A stretch of DNA of 55,187 bases from a virus (IMGVR_UViG_3300037846_000003:1-55187), one strand, 5' to 3'. Positions 9,073 through 17,623 are shown, counted from the first letter of the stretch. Made by a program: numbers and translations. Notes: generated from the sequence alone by a model not told the origin.

Positions 9073-10153
9073 TCAGAGCGATCAAGTGCGCTTTCTTATC
9101 ACACCACTCCCCAAACGCGGGATCAAACACGAACTCATAGTCCTTGTGGATTGCCATACGGGCGAATATGGCTTGAAACTCATCACCATATCGATCCATA
9201 TAGTCCATAGCACCTTTAACATCAGGCTTCGTCAGTCTATCCGCAATCCGATACGCCATCAACCGCCGTCCATCAGGCTTTACTGGCACTGGTGCGCTCT
9301 TAGGAGCAGCCATAACCTGCTCATAGGTGGGCAAGTCCTGACCTTCGCGGATATGACGGATAAGATCTTTAGCAGCACCCGGCCCAATGCCGCCGCCCAG
9401 TTCCTCTTGCACGGTAGGATCGGTGGGCAGCTTGTTGTCGTTATATGCTCGCATCAGAGCTTTTAGATGAATTTCAGCTTGATGCAATGTGCGTGGTGTA
9501 CACCACGGAGCTAAATCCTTTGGCATCTCTTGGAACAACCATTGCGAATAGGCTTCGCCGAATGTGATCACTTCCGGCAACAAATGAGCGCGTTCTGCCC
9601 ATGTTTTCCAGCTTTCCGTATCATCGCGAATGGCGATTTCTCTTTGCCGGTTAATCAGATGGCTGAATTGCTTGTTGGAGCCAGCCTTATCCTGTACGCG
9701 ATTACCGGCGAACCATACCGCCCAACCCGGCGATAGCTTGTGTGTCATCCACACCTTGTCATATGCTGCTTCACCCGCAGTCTTGCTTTCATCTGGCGGC
9801 ATTTTATCCGCTTCATCGACGAAGAGGATACCTCCGTCGTAGTCCTCCATCATTTTGCCTTCTTTGGTCCACCACCAATGCGGCAGAGAGAACAAAGATG
9901 TGGGCTTACCCTTGACCAATGGGCCGAACTGGAGATATCCACCCATGGTACCGATATTGAGGCACGCTCCGTTCAATACGATCAACCCATAGCTCCCTCC
10001 TGGGTCAATCTGTTTCATAATATTGGGGAACTGTTTGATGACCGAGGTCTTACCTCGACCGGGAGGGCTGGTAATGTATGGCACTGCGCCATTGTCTTCG
10101 CATGATGCGAAATAGAGTGCCGGTAGTCTTTCTTCCAACTGTGAGAGTATCAT
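9041..10153 (-). CDS. MoxR-like AAA+ ATPase
   Basis: SPPGRGKT (Walker A), ILFVDE (Walker B), FAGNR, HLINR, TPRT; paired with VWA protein. Confidence 0.85.
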   Translation of the reverse strand: MILSQLEERLPALYFASCEDNGAVPYITSPPGRGKTSVIKQFPNIMKQIDPGGSYGLIVLNGACLNIGTMGGYLQFGPLVKGKPTSLFSLPHWWWTKEGKMMEDYDGGILFVDEADKMPPDESKTAGEAAYDKVWMTHKLSPGWAVWFAGNRVQDKAGSNKQFSHLINRQREIAIRDDTESWKTWAERAHLLPEVITFGEAYSQWLFQEMPKDLAPWCTPRTLHQAEIHLKALMRAYNDNKLPTDPTVQEELGGGIGPGAAKDLIRHIREGQDLPTYEQVMAAPKSAPVPVKPDGRRLMAYRIADRLTKPDVKGAMDYMDRYGDEFQAIFARMAIHKDYEFVFDPAFGEWCDKKAHLIALIERYKNASKH

Positions 10154-10299
10154 TGCCTTTTGCCTTTCAGTTTAGAGGGATGTTGTTTTTGTTTTGCATG
10201 TTTGGATACATGGATAAGCGAAGGATTATCATTGTGCTTACCCAATTTTACTAATCGCTTCTTGAACCTACCCTGCCTTCCTCTGTTTATTCCTTTCAT
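10150..10299 (-). CDS. Small basic protein
   Basis: MKGINRGRQGRFKKRLVK..., RBS-like AAGGG right after palindrome copy 10310. Confidence 0.4.
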   Translation of the reverse strand: MKGINRGRQGRFKKRLVKLGKHNDNPSLIHVSKHAKQKQHPSKLKGKRQ

Positions 10300-10432
10300 T
10301 TGTTGCCCTTCACTGCTTGCAGTTAGACGAGCGGGGTGGAGTAGTACGCGATTACCTCCCATCTGCTCCACCCCGACGCCCTCATGGCTATGGTCATCTC
10401 CCCCATGCGCCATGAAGCTCTATTGAACTAAT

Positions 10433-10462
10433 AGGTTAGCACGTATCGTCACGGCCTGTCAA
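10433..10462 (-). promoter_or_regulatory. Sigma70-type promoter (TTGACA-N5-TGACG family)
   Basis: TTGACA GGCCG TGACG ... TGcTAACCT (extended -10, 18-bp spacer). Confidence 0.6.
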
Positions 10463-10710
10463 GCCGTTTTTTCCGAAGGCTTGCTGTGCTTTTCGGTTTC
10501 ACCGAAGCTGTATATAGCCTTATCGTAATCTTGTATGCGCAACCATGCTTCCGAGTATTGCGCCTCCCACTGTTCGCGAGGGAAGAGATGGAATATCCTT
10601 GTGCCACATTCAGGACAATAGTTGGGACGACGAGGGTTAACCCAACATATCAGAATATGACAGCATGGCATGTGAATTAGTCTGAACTGTATATATTCGT
10701 TCGTTGCCAT
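10459..10710 (-). CDS. Zinc-ribbon protein
   Basis: PCCH...PNYCPECG. Confidence 0.6.
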   Translation of the reverse strand: MATNEYIQFRLIHMPCCHILICWVNPRRPNYCPECGTRIFHLFPREQWEAQYSEAWLRIQDYDKAIYSFGETEKHSKPSEKTA

Positions 10711-10997
10711 TAGTGTATTGTCTCCCCATCTGTTTCATCTTCTTCATTCTGTTCTGTGAAGCCGGGGAGCATTTCACCCGCCATCATTATATTCCAGATA
10801 AGTTCTCTGAGGTAATCTTTCCTTTGCTTCTCATGAATTTGCTTTACTGCGGTCCCGCAGATAAAGCCTAGTAACTCTAAGCGGCAATTAGGGCATAAAG
10901 GTGAGATAATGCTCATAACACCTTGCATGAACTCTTCACCTTTATCAGGTAGATCTGAAAGATGTTTTGCTTTCTTAGTCGGCATAGCTCTCTCCAA
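10710..10997 (-). CDS. Hypothetical protein
   Basis: 95 aa ORF with CPNC, acidic tail; TAATG overlap. Confidence 0.55.
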   Translation of the reverse strand: MERAMPTKKAKHLSDLPDKGEEFMQGVMSIISPLCPNCRLELLGFICGTAVKQIHEKQRKDYLRELIWNIMMAGEMLPGFTEQNEEDETDGETIH

Positions 10998-11289
10998 AAT
11001 CGTATCTCTCTACCCACGGGTATAGGTGTTTGATCTTGCGCTTTGCTTGCCGGTTGTCTCTGGCCCGAACATACTCTGTGCCGTAGTAGCGCCTACTCTT
11101 GGCGAAGTATAAGTCGAACTCATATACCGGCATACCGGGAGCATACCATGATTTGGTACGCTTCCAGTTGCCTTCGTCGTCTAGTTTTAACTCCCATCCA
11201 CGCTTATCCAGCTTTACTGGGCGGAAGTTCTTTATGATCATCGCCATCTGATCTGGGCGAGATTTGTTTCGCACGGTGAAAGCGATCAT
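10975..11289 (-). CDS. Hypothetical protein
   Basis: 104 aa ORF in early cluster. Confidence 0.5.
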   Translation of the reverse strand: MIAFTVRNKSRPDQMAMIIKNFRPVKLDKRGWELKLDDEGNWKRTKSWYAPGMPVYEFDLYFAKSRRYYGTEYVRARDNRQAKRKIKHLYPWVERYDFGESYAD

Positions 11290-11548
11290 AGTATGCCTTT
11301 TGTATTGCTTCGTGCGGACCTACTGCGATCATTTGCTCCGGTATTCCAGTACCGAACCTTGTATAGTTCCCCGTTGGAGTGGGAGGGGTTTCGAGCAATT
11401 TGATGAACGCTAAGTCACTCTCCATGTTCTCATGGCAACGAGTAGCTCTTACCGTATTCCCTTCAGCAAGAGCCCTTTTCTCCTCTTCACCCCAGTTAAC
11501 TGCTAGCAGTTTAAGCTGGGCAATCTGCTTATCTTTTACTGTTGTCAT
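11204..11548 (-). CDS. Hypothetical protein
   Basis: 114 aa ORF with RBS GAGG. Confidence 0.5.
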   Translation of the reverse strand: MTTVKDKQIAQLKLLAVNWGEEEKRALAEGNTVRATRCHENMESDLAFIKLLETPPTPTGNYTRFGTGIPEQMIAVGPHEAIQKAYYDRFHRAKQISPRSDGDDHKELPPSKAG

Positions 11549-11996
11549 GCTTCTTCCTCTTGAAATCAGTGCCAGCTACAATGGCTACATCGCTGGTATC
11601 AGCTAGCAACCCTCTGACCAACGTATTGGTGGCGAGAGGATATGATCGATCAACATACCCCGGTATCTTTGGAGGTGTTGTGTATTTGTCCTCCAGCGCT
11701 TCAACACGCGCCTCTAACTGCTTTACGCTAACACGTAGATCCTCAATAGATTGATCACGTTGTTTATTGAAGAAACGAGACGGCTCTAGCAACAAGTTTA
11801 ATTCTTGCCGCATTCCACGCACATGCCCTGCATTGATATTGGGTATGGTGGGCTTGAACAAATCAGCTACATGCTGATCTGTTTTGGCTACGCTATCCCA
11901 CGTAGCGTATTGATCATCAGGCGGTCGAGAACAGTGAGTTTCTATGTATTGCATCACTGTATATTTTTCTTTTATTGATAAGGTTTTCTTTGGCAC
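11529..11996 (-). CDS. Hypothetical protein with coiled coil
   Basis: 155 aa ORF, RBS GGAG, LRVSVKQLEARVEALE. Confidence 0.6.
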   Translation of the reverse strand: MPKKTLSIKEKYTVMQYIETHCSRPPDDQYATWDSVAKTDQHVADLFKPTIPNINAGHVRGMRQELNLLLEPSRFFNKQRDQSIEDLRVSVKQLEARVEALEDKYTTPPKIPGYVDRSYPLATNTLVRGLLADTSDVAIVAGTDFKRKKHDNSKR

Positions 11997-12050
11997 GGCC
12001 CACGCTCCTACGCTTAATTACCAAATGCCCGGTATAACCGGGCTGTTATA

Positions 12051-12257
12051 TTAATCGCTATCGATTGGTTCGTCGCACTCATATCGATCCATAATGTCAG
12101 ACCGATAGCCGGAAAGCTTTTTCTTCTCGCACTTCTCACATGCATAAGTGAGAAAGATACCATGCCCATCGTAGAGTGCGTACTTGGGCAGCTTACTGCC
12201 GCAAGAACACCAACGATACTTGATCATGTCCATATAATCTTGATCGATCACGGCCAT
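12051..12257 (-). CDS. Small Cys-containing phage protein
   Basis: CSCGS...YALYDGHGIFLTYACEKC. Confidence 0.6.
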   Translation of the reverse strand: MAVIDQDYMDMIKYRWCSCGSKLPKYALYDGHGIFLTYACEKCEKKKLSGYRSDIMDRYECDEPIDSD

Positions 12258-12556
12258 TTCTCTTCTGCTCCTCCTAGATAAGCTTCGTCAATAGCAGCGT
12301 TATCCGCCGCCCATTGCGCAGCAGCTTCAGCGAGGGATACGATCTGCTCCCGTGAAGGAAGCAAACCATGCCTTGTATCACTCTCGCTATTGACATAGCA
12401 TTTAGGATTACCATGTTCTCCACATTCCGGGCATTCAGGACAGATGCAATCATCTGACCATTTGCCACACATTGCGCATGGTTCATCAGTCTGATTGTAT
12501 GGTGCGTTAGGATCGCCCGCCGCACCGGGAGGATAAGACCACCCAAATATACCCAT
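12248..12556 (-). CDS. Cys-rich phage protein
   Basis: GWSYPPG...CAMCG...CICPECPECG. Confidence 0.6.
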   Translation of the reverse strand: MGIFGWSYPPGAAGDPNAPYNQTDEPCAMCGKWSDDCICPECPECGEHGNPKCYVNSESDTRHGLLPSREQIVSLAEAAAQWAADNAAIDEAYLGGAEEKWP

Positions 12557-12580
12557 TGCCTTGACATCCTTTTTCTGTTT

Positions 12581-12609
12581 AGGCTACCACCCTTGTCTAC
12601 GACTGTCAA
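12581..12609 (-). promoter_or_regulatory. Sigma70-type promoter
   Basis: TTGACA-17bp-TAGCCT upstream of the 12556 gene. Confidence 0.6.
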
Positions 12610-12618
12610 TCCCTAAAA

Positions 12619-12936
12619 TTAGGAAGTTGTGATAGTCGTCTTCCGATTTTCGCAAGCCACATAAGCGTCATATATACGCAATGCAGTATTGATCAGATTG
12701 TAATGATCGCTGAGAGCTTTAAGGTCAAGCCCGGCATCAAACTCAGCTTTCTCAATATCCCGATAGAACTCCACCTCCATGCAGAGATAATCATGGCCCT
12801 CATCTGATTTGCGAATGATCATGGAGGGTTTCTCATGCAGGTTGCGATAAGTATAGACATCGACCTTCAACTCTTCGCTCGATCCTGCATAGTGGCAGCA
12901 ATGCGGGTTGAAGCAATCATGGCGATAGTACGGCAT
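12619..12936 (-). CDS. Hypothetical protein
   Basis: 105 aa ORF, RBS AAGGA. Confidence 0.6.
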   Translation of the reverse strand: MPYYRHDCFNPHCCHYAGSSEELKVDVYTYRNLHEKPSMIIRKSDEGHDYLCMEVEFYRDIEKAEFDAGLDLKALSDHYNLINTALRIYDAYVACENRKTTITTS

Positions 12937-12976
12937 CAGAATATTTCCTTCTACTGGTTGGGTTAACTGCTAGCAG

Positions 12977-13228
12977 TTAGTCGCGTGGATCGTTGATATA
13001 GATATTGCGCTCATCGCTGGGTTCATTCAGCAATATGGTCATCAACTCATCCATTATCTCGCGCAACAACTCAAGATCACGCAAGGGACGTGCGCAATCC
13101 CTTAACGTTTGGCGTAAAACGACGATACGTTTGATCTGGCTCTCTTTCATATGTTGCCTACTTAGGTTGAGGTGGTAGTTTGATACAGCTAATGTTGTTA
13201 TTAGCTGGTGGAAGAGGCGCAGTACCAA
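12977..13228 (-). CDS. Hypothetical protein
   Basis: Stop is the edge of palindrome copy 12964; real start probably MKESQI. Confidence 0.45.
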   Translation of the reverse strand: MVLRLFHQLITTLAVSNYHLNLSRQHMKESQIKRIVVLRQTLRDCARPLRDLELLREIMDELMTILLNEPSDERNIYINDPRD

Positions 13229-13297
13229 GCTTTATGCGGAGCTTATGGTTAGGCCACAAACCATGCTTTTTTGCCCACTTCTTGAACTCATTCTGTT

Positions 13298-13528
13298 TCA
13301 TTTCTTTGCATCCACTAGCTGGAGAAACATAGCAGCATCACCACTGACTGCGCCACAATGCTGGAAGAACGTAGAACGGTTAAAGGATTGTGGATTGTCT
13401 TCTTGCAGCATAATGGCAAAGGCTTTCACCGTATTCAGCCAATTGTGGTGATACTCCACGCTATCGCGCTTTGGCACGCGATGCTGATAGAGGATTTTAG
13501 CGATCCTTTGGTAATCCTGTCTTGTCAT
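13298..13528 (-). CDS. Conserved-looking small phage protein
   Basis: MTRQDYQRIA...DNPQSFNRSTFFQHCG pattern. Confidence 0.55.
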   Translation of the reverse strand: MTRQDYQRIAKILYQHRVPKRDSVEYHHNWLNTVKAFAIMLQEDNPQSFNRSTFFQHCGAVSGDAAMFLQLVDAKK

Positions 13529-13694
13529 TTCTTATCCTTATGAACCTATCCTCCGTCTCCCATCCATTGAGCCATGCTGCGCGATATTTGCGCTGCTCTG
13601 CGGTATCTGTGCCAAAAGGGTTAGAAGTCATCGCCAATTCAGCACGCCGTGCGCTTAGTCCAGCGCTGAATGCAAGATACATCTTACCTTTCAT
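13497..13694 (-). CDS. Rmf/CrpP-fold-like small protein
   Basis: AFSAGLSA...SNPF...RAAWLNGWE resembles ribosome modulation factor signature. Confidence 0.5.
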   Translation of the reverse strand: MKGKMYLAFSAGLSARRAELAMTSNPFGTDTAEQRKYRAAWLNGWETEDRFIRIRNDKTGLPKDR

Positions 13695-14032
13695 TCTCCT
13701 TTCTCCTTAAGCTTGGTATGAATTAACTTAATGTGATCCTTTGTCCATTGTGCCATTCTATCATAGAAGATGATATGAGGATTGTTTTTGATTGCTTCTG
13801 CTGCTAAAGCGTATCCCTCATCAAATGGCAACGCCTCGATCTTATCCATTAGCGCATCCATTGCAACATAACCCATAGTATTATGAATAACATGCAAGCG
13901 CTCAATAATAAAACCCATGGACTTCGATACACTTTTGGTATCGTCCACCTCCAGCGCTTCAATTGCAATATGCACATTGACCTTGATATCCATCAGCGAA
14001 TTATGGATAGTATCTTTGTGTTTGTTGTCCAT
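13691..14032 (-). CDS. Hypothetical protein
   Basis: 113 aa ORF. Confidence 0.6.
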   Translation of the reverse strand: MDNKHKDTIHNSLMDIKVNVHIAIEALEVDDTKSVSKSMGFIIERLHVIHNTMGYVAMDALMDKIEALPFDEGYALAAEAIKNNPHIIFYDRMAQWTKDHIKLIHTKLKEKGE

Positions 14033-14061
14033 TGTATGCCTTTATACTGGTTTGAGGATAC

Positions 14062-14092
14062 AAAAACGCCGTGGAGTGATTAGCTCCACGGC
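14062..14092 (-). terminator. Rho-independent terminator after 368-aa gene
   Basis: GCCGTGGAG-loop-CTCCACGGC followed by GTTTTT on minus strand. Confidence 0.75.
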
Positions 14093-14153
14093 TTGTTAAC
14101 TGCTAGCAGTTAACTCACACAAGCTTGCGCAGTGTGAGCAACTGAAGAGTTAA

Positions 14154-15260
14154 TCATTCTTGGTCGCCCATCTGTTGAGCTTCCACCTCTTCATCGGATA
14201 CCGTCTGATCATCCGCGCCATTACCCGGTGTTGCGGTAGGCGCCTTGATCACGCGCCGAGTGCGCTTCTGCTTGGCAGTTGCCGCCTTGAAGCGGTTAGC
14301 GTTGCCGGGATCGAGATCATTGAACGCATAGTCTTGCAGCGTCTGGATGATATCCACAAGCTGCTGATCCTTGATACCGACGAACCCACCCTTGCCGCTT
14401 TTAGACGGCGTTTTGCCGTCACGCGCCAAGTTGAGCTTCTTGTAGGCTTCAACTAACGCCGTAATGGCGTCGTCATTGAACACCTTGTCCTTCTTGAGCA
14501 AGGACTTGAAGATCTCATCCTCGTCCATAAGAGGCGCAGACCCGCCACCCTTGCCGTCCCGATCCAATTGCTCGCGCACAACATCGGCAAGAAACTCAAA
14601 CGTGCCGCGAAGGTTCTTCATCGACTTCTTAATATCGGGAGAAGCGGTTTTCTCCTCGATAACGTCAATCACCTCCCCGAACCACTGTTGTGCATCACTC
14701 TTGTGGTTCATGCCGAGGAAGATGATATTGCGATACTTCGCGACGTTCGAGTTGAAGTCGGTCGAAGAGACGTCGATTGGCTTGCTGTCCTTATTGGGCA
14801 TACGGAACAGCTTGTACATTTCGAGCGCATCATCCTGCTTCATGCCATTGGGCAATTCAGCGTAGGCAAATGCGTCGATCACAGTCCCTTCGAGTAGCTT
14901 TTCAGCCAATCCAAGGGTAGAAACCGCAGCCCCTTGGTAAGCGCGACCAAGCTTGCGAATTTCGTTGATGTAGAACTTGCGCTTATCCGCGATGGATGAG
15001 CGCTGATTGACGCCAGTACCGGCACCAACCAAGTCCTCATCCACTTCCACCTCTCCATTGGGGATTGGAGCATCGGGAAGAGGCATCACGTTTTCTGTAG
15101 TATAAGTTTGTTCAGCCATAGGTGGAGTGCTTTCTTGAGTTGTATCTGCGCCCTCTTGCGCCAGACCTGCAAGCACCTCGCTCGCAGATGTATTTTCAAC
15201 AGGAGTGGGAGCAACATTGTTCCCATTACCCAGATTAACCTTACGCTTGCCTTGTGCCAT
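14154..15260 (-). CDS. Unknown 368-aa early protein, probably highly expressed
   Basis: Long ORF with own promoter and terminator, acidic disordered termini, basic patch KQKRTRRVIK. Confidence 0.8.
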   Translation of the reverse strand: MAQGKRKVNLGNGNNVAPTPVENTSASEVLAGLAQEGADTTQESTPPMAEQTYTTENVMPLPDAPIPNGEVEVDEDLVGAGTGVNQRSSIADKRKFYINEIRKLGRAYQGAAVSTLGLAEKLLEGTVIDAFAYAELPNGMKQDDALEMYKLFRMPNKDSKPIDVSSTDFNSNVAKYRNIIFLGMNHKSDAQQWFGEVIDVIEEKTASPDIKKSMKNLRGTFEFLADVVREQLDRDGKGGGSAPLMDEDEIFKSLLKKDKVFNDDAITALVEAYKKLNLARDGKTPSKSGKGGFVGIKDQQLVDIIQTLQDYAFNDLDPGNANRFKAATAKQKRTRRVIKAPTATPGNGADDQTVSDEEVEAQQMGDQE

Positions 15261-15283
15261 AGTTGTTTGCCTTCATATGTGAA

Positions 15284-15557
15284 GATAGCGATATCGAGCT
15301 TGACGAGATACGCTATCGATAATGCCAGATAGCGGGTGCGTCACCACCTGTCAAGTTAATTTGTAATATACTATCCTGCACCAGCCCATATCTTAACTGC
15401 TGGCAGTGAGCAAGTCAACTAACCAGCGGTTGCAAAATCGTTCGGCTGACCCGAAATTTCGCACGCGGCGGTTGCACGGTTCGCGTGAAAAACCGAAAAA
15501 TAGTATGAGCTAAAAGATAACGATATTGAGCTTGACGAAAATACGTTATCGATAATG
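15284..15557. repeat. Two imperfect ~41-bp direct repeats, each an internal inverted repeat
   Basis: 15284-15324 and 15516-15557 share loop GAGCTTGACGA and have compensatory stem changes. Confidence 0.85.
15326..15354 (-). promoter_or_regulatory. Sigma70-type promoter (TTGACA-N5-TGACG family)
   Basis: TTGACA GGTGG TGACG CACCCGC TATCTG. Confidence 0.6.
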
Positions 15558-15564
15558 TTTAGAG

Positions 15565-15813
15565 CTATAACCTCTTCCCTATCCCGCAATTGACGGATTG
15601 AATGATAATACCAGCCCGTGCGATTTCTATTGGATCTTTACTGTGCAATAATAGGTCCACCTCCTTGTCACAGAGCAACACTTCCGCTCGATCTTGAGTT
15701 AAAACTGGTAGTGCTGGTGTGGGTATGCTAATTGATACGGTGTGGTGTGATAAATACAACCACACAACCACCCCGGCACTAAGAACCAACAGCGCAAACG
15801 TTCCCGGTTTCAT
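15565..15813 (-). CDS. Small protein with N-terminal membrane anchor
   Basis: Hydrophobic N-terminus; RBS AGGAGG. Confidence 0.6.
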   Translation of the reverse strand: MKPGTFALLVLSAGVVVWLYLSHHTVSISIPTPALPVLTQDRAEVLLCDKEVDLLLHSKDPIEIARAGIIIQSVNCGIGKRL

Positions 15814-15832
15814 GTTCCCCTCCTATACGCCA

Positions 15833-16246
15833 TTAACTGCTGGCAGTTACCGTCAAAAGCTGCTTATACCAGTCTTTATCCAAGCATTCGTAAGTTTCAC
15901 CAAATCGTTGTTTATCTGGTGGTAGCAATCGAATGAAGCTATCGGTGAATTTAGTCCACGCATGATTGCGTAAAGTTTCATCATAGTTATCTCTAGAGAA
16001 TACAAGGAATTTATTGTAATAGTCAGCGCAAATCTTGAAATATGAATTACGTTCTGGATGATCAGCGTTCTCTGGTATCGGATAAAAAGTGTTCATAAGC
16101 TGAATTGCGGCAACAGAAAGAAATTTGGCTATCTCTTTCTGCCGATCTGTTTTACATTGATATGTAATTCGTTTAATCTCGTCGTTAAGACGTTCGCAGA
16201 TTTTAAGTGGATCTGCATGTTTACGAAGATATTCACCTTGAGGCAT
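15833..16246 (-). CDS. Hypothetical protein
   Basis: 137 aa AT-rich ORF with RBS GGAG, ends within palindrome copy 15834. Confidence 0.6.
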   Translation of the reverse strand: MPQGEYLRKHADPLKICERLNDEIKRITYQCKTDRQKEIAKFLSVAAIQLMNTFYPIPENADHPERNSYFKICADYYNKFLVFSRDNYDETLRNHAWTKFTDSFIRLLPPDKQRFGETYECLDKDWYKQLLTVTASS

Positions 16247-16369
16247 AAGTTAACTCCAATGTTGGTGTCTGTTTTGACATTGACATTGTTAATCACGATA
16301 ATGTTGAAATTAAGACGGGATTGTGACAAGATTGAGGCACGCCGCCCTTAACTGCTGGCAGTTACCGTT

Positions 16370-16715
16370 TCGACAAGCGCCGCCCGCGAGGTATTAGTTC
16401 TTCGAGGTGTAGTTGAACGATTAATACTAAACCATTGAAATCATTGAGAAAACTAATAAAAAACAGGGTATTAGTTATTAGCGGCGGTCGGAATAAGCAC
16501 TAAAGTCAGTACATGTAAATTTGACATCTGGGTTCTGCCATGCTCCCGATACTCAAAATCTAATCCTATTAAATTGAAAAACTAATAACTAATACCAATT
16601 CTATTCTATTCTATATACGTTAACATTATCATAAATATAACTTTCCCTGCCATGTATCTCCCCGCCGCTTGCCAGCGCGGCCAGCGAGCCGCAGCCCTCT
16701 AACCTAGTAGAGAAA
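16370..16715. other. AT-rich non-coding divergence region (candidate origin or genome end)
   Basis: No ORF; AACTAATA in both orientations at 16392, 16451, 16469, 16580, 16587; TTCTA tandem; strand switch point. Confidence 0.4.
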
Positions 16716-16719
16716 TCAA

Positions 16720-16926
16720 ATGGAAGACTATGTGAGCAAGAACGTCGAGTATCGTGGTTATTTCATTCTGTACGCTGACCACGTAATTGGTTCATTTACT
16801 CGCGGTGAAGCTTACTGCTACGCTGCAAATATACTCGATTTGGATACAAACCAATACAGGGTTATATCCGATAGGGTTGCGCAGCAAGAGTATATACACC
16901 TCCCGTTTATCTCGGCAACGCACTAA
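16720..16926 (+). CDS. Hypothetical protein
   Basis: 68 aa ORF, stop is first triplet of palindrome copy 16924. Confidence 0.55.
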   Translation: MEDYVSKNVEYRGYFILYADHVIGSFTRGEAYCYAANILDLDTNQYRVISDRVAQQEYIHLPFISATH

Positions 16927-17017
16927 CTGCTAGCAGTTAACCCATACCAAGCGGCGGCCAAAATTCCCCGCCGCTTGGCTGGCAGGACCGATGGCGGTCC
17001 ACAACGGAGTAGATCAC

Positions 17018-17311
17018 ATGGCATATGCGAACAAGGTTGCTAAGGGCGATTGGACGGAAGTTGATACTACGACGCTTCCGGCGCAATTGTCGAAGCCCTA
17101 CAGCGAGTATCTGGCCGCACGGAAGCTTGCAGCCGACAAACGCGAAGCGTTTGAGGCGGTGTTCAAGACGGCCCTAAAGGGCCGTGTTCAAGCCGGTTCC
17201 AAGGCGGTGTTCGGATACAACTTCGGCAAGTTGTCCATGGCTATCGTCCCCGATGACGACAAGCCGAAGGCTTCCGCCAAAGCGGTATCGTTCAACGCTC
17301 TTACGAAGTAA
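17018..17311 (+). CDS. Hypothetical basic protein
   Basis: RBS GGAG before MAYANK; FGYNFGKLS motif; followed by hairpins. Confidence 0.7.
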   Translation: MAYANKVAKGDWTEVDTTTLPAQLSKPYSEYLAARKLAADKREAFEAVFKTALKGRVQAGSKAVFGYNFGKLSMAIVPDDDKPKASAKAVSFNALTK

Positions 17312-17354
17312 GAGCGACGCACTAGGTCCAGAGCCCCACCATGGGCTCTGGACC
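17296..17354 (+). terminator. Tandem hairpins after the 17311 gene
   Basis: CGCTCTTAC/GTAAGAGCG and GGTCCAGAGCCC/GGGCTCTGGACC; weak U-tract. Confidence 0.5.
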
Positions 17355-17459
17355 ATTCAATGTACCAGCGCGGGCGGCGCTTAGGTAGTCGTGCCATATA
17401 TCTTGGACCCAAAACCCCTCTTACAAAAACTCCCAGTAGTTTGTCATACGAACATCAGT

Positions 17460-17485
17460 GAACAGCCCGTGTACGAATCAGGAAC
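17460..17485. promoter_or_regulatory. Candidate alphaproteobacterial LexA (SOS) boxes
   Basis: GAAC-N7-GTAC-N7-GAAC, just downstream of a leftward TTGACA at 17508-17503. Confidence 0.35.
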
Positions 17486-17556
17486 ATTTCGGACTATCCG
17501 AATGTCAACCCCCCTTTCCAGAATTTTTGGGGGTGAATTTTTCTGAAAAAACATAC

Positions 17557-17586
17557 TTGACATACCCCATCAGATATAGTAAATAT
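17557..17586 (+). promoter_or_regulatory. Rightward sigma70-type promoter
   Basis: AAAAACATACTTGACA identical to the upstream part of the 2794 promoter; AT-rich -10 region. Confidence 0.5.
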
Positions 17587-17623
17587 GGGATACGGGGTCA
17601 CGGCCCACGTAAACCTCGTTTTT

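Noticed and set aside
12964-12979. Palindromes as intrinsic terminators
   Set aside because: Short AT-containing stem, no U-tract, many copies are mid-gene, and true terminators sit next to some copies
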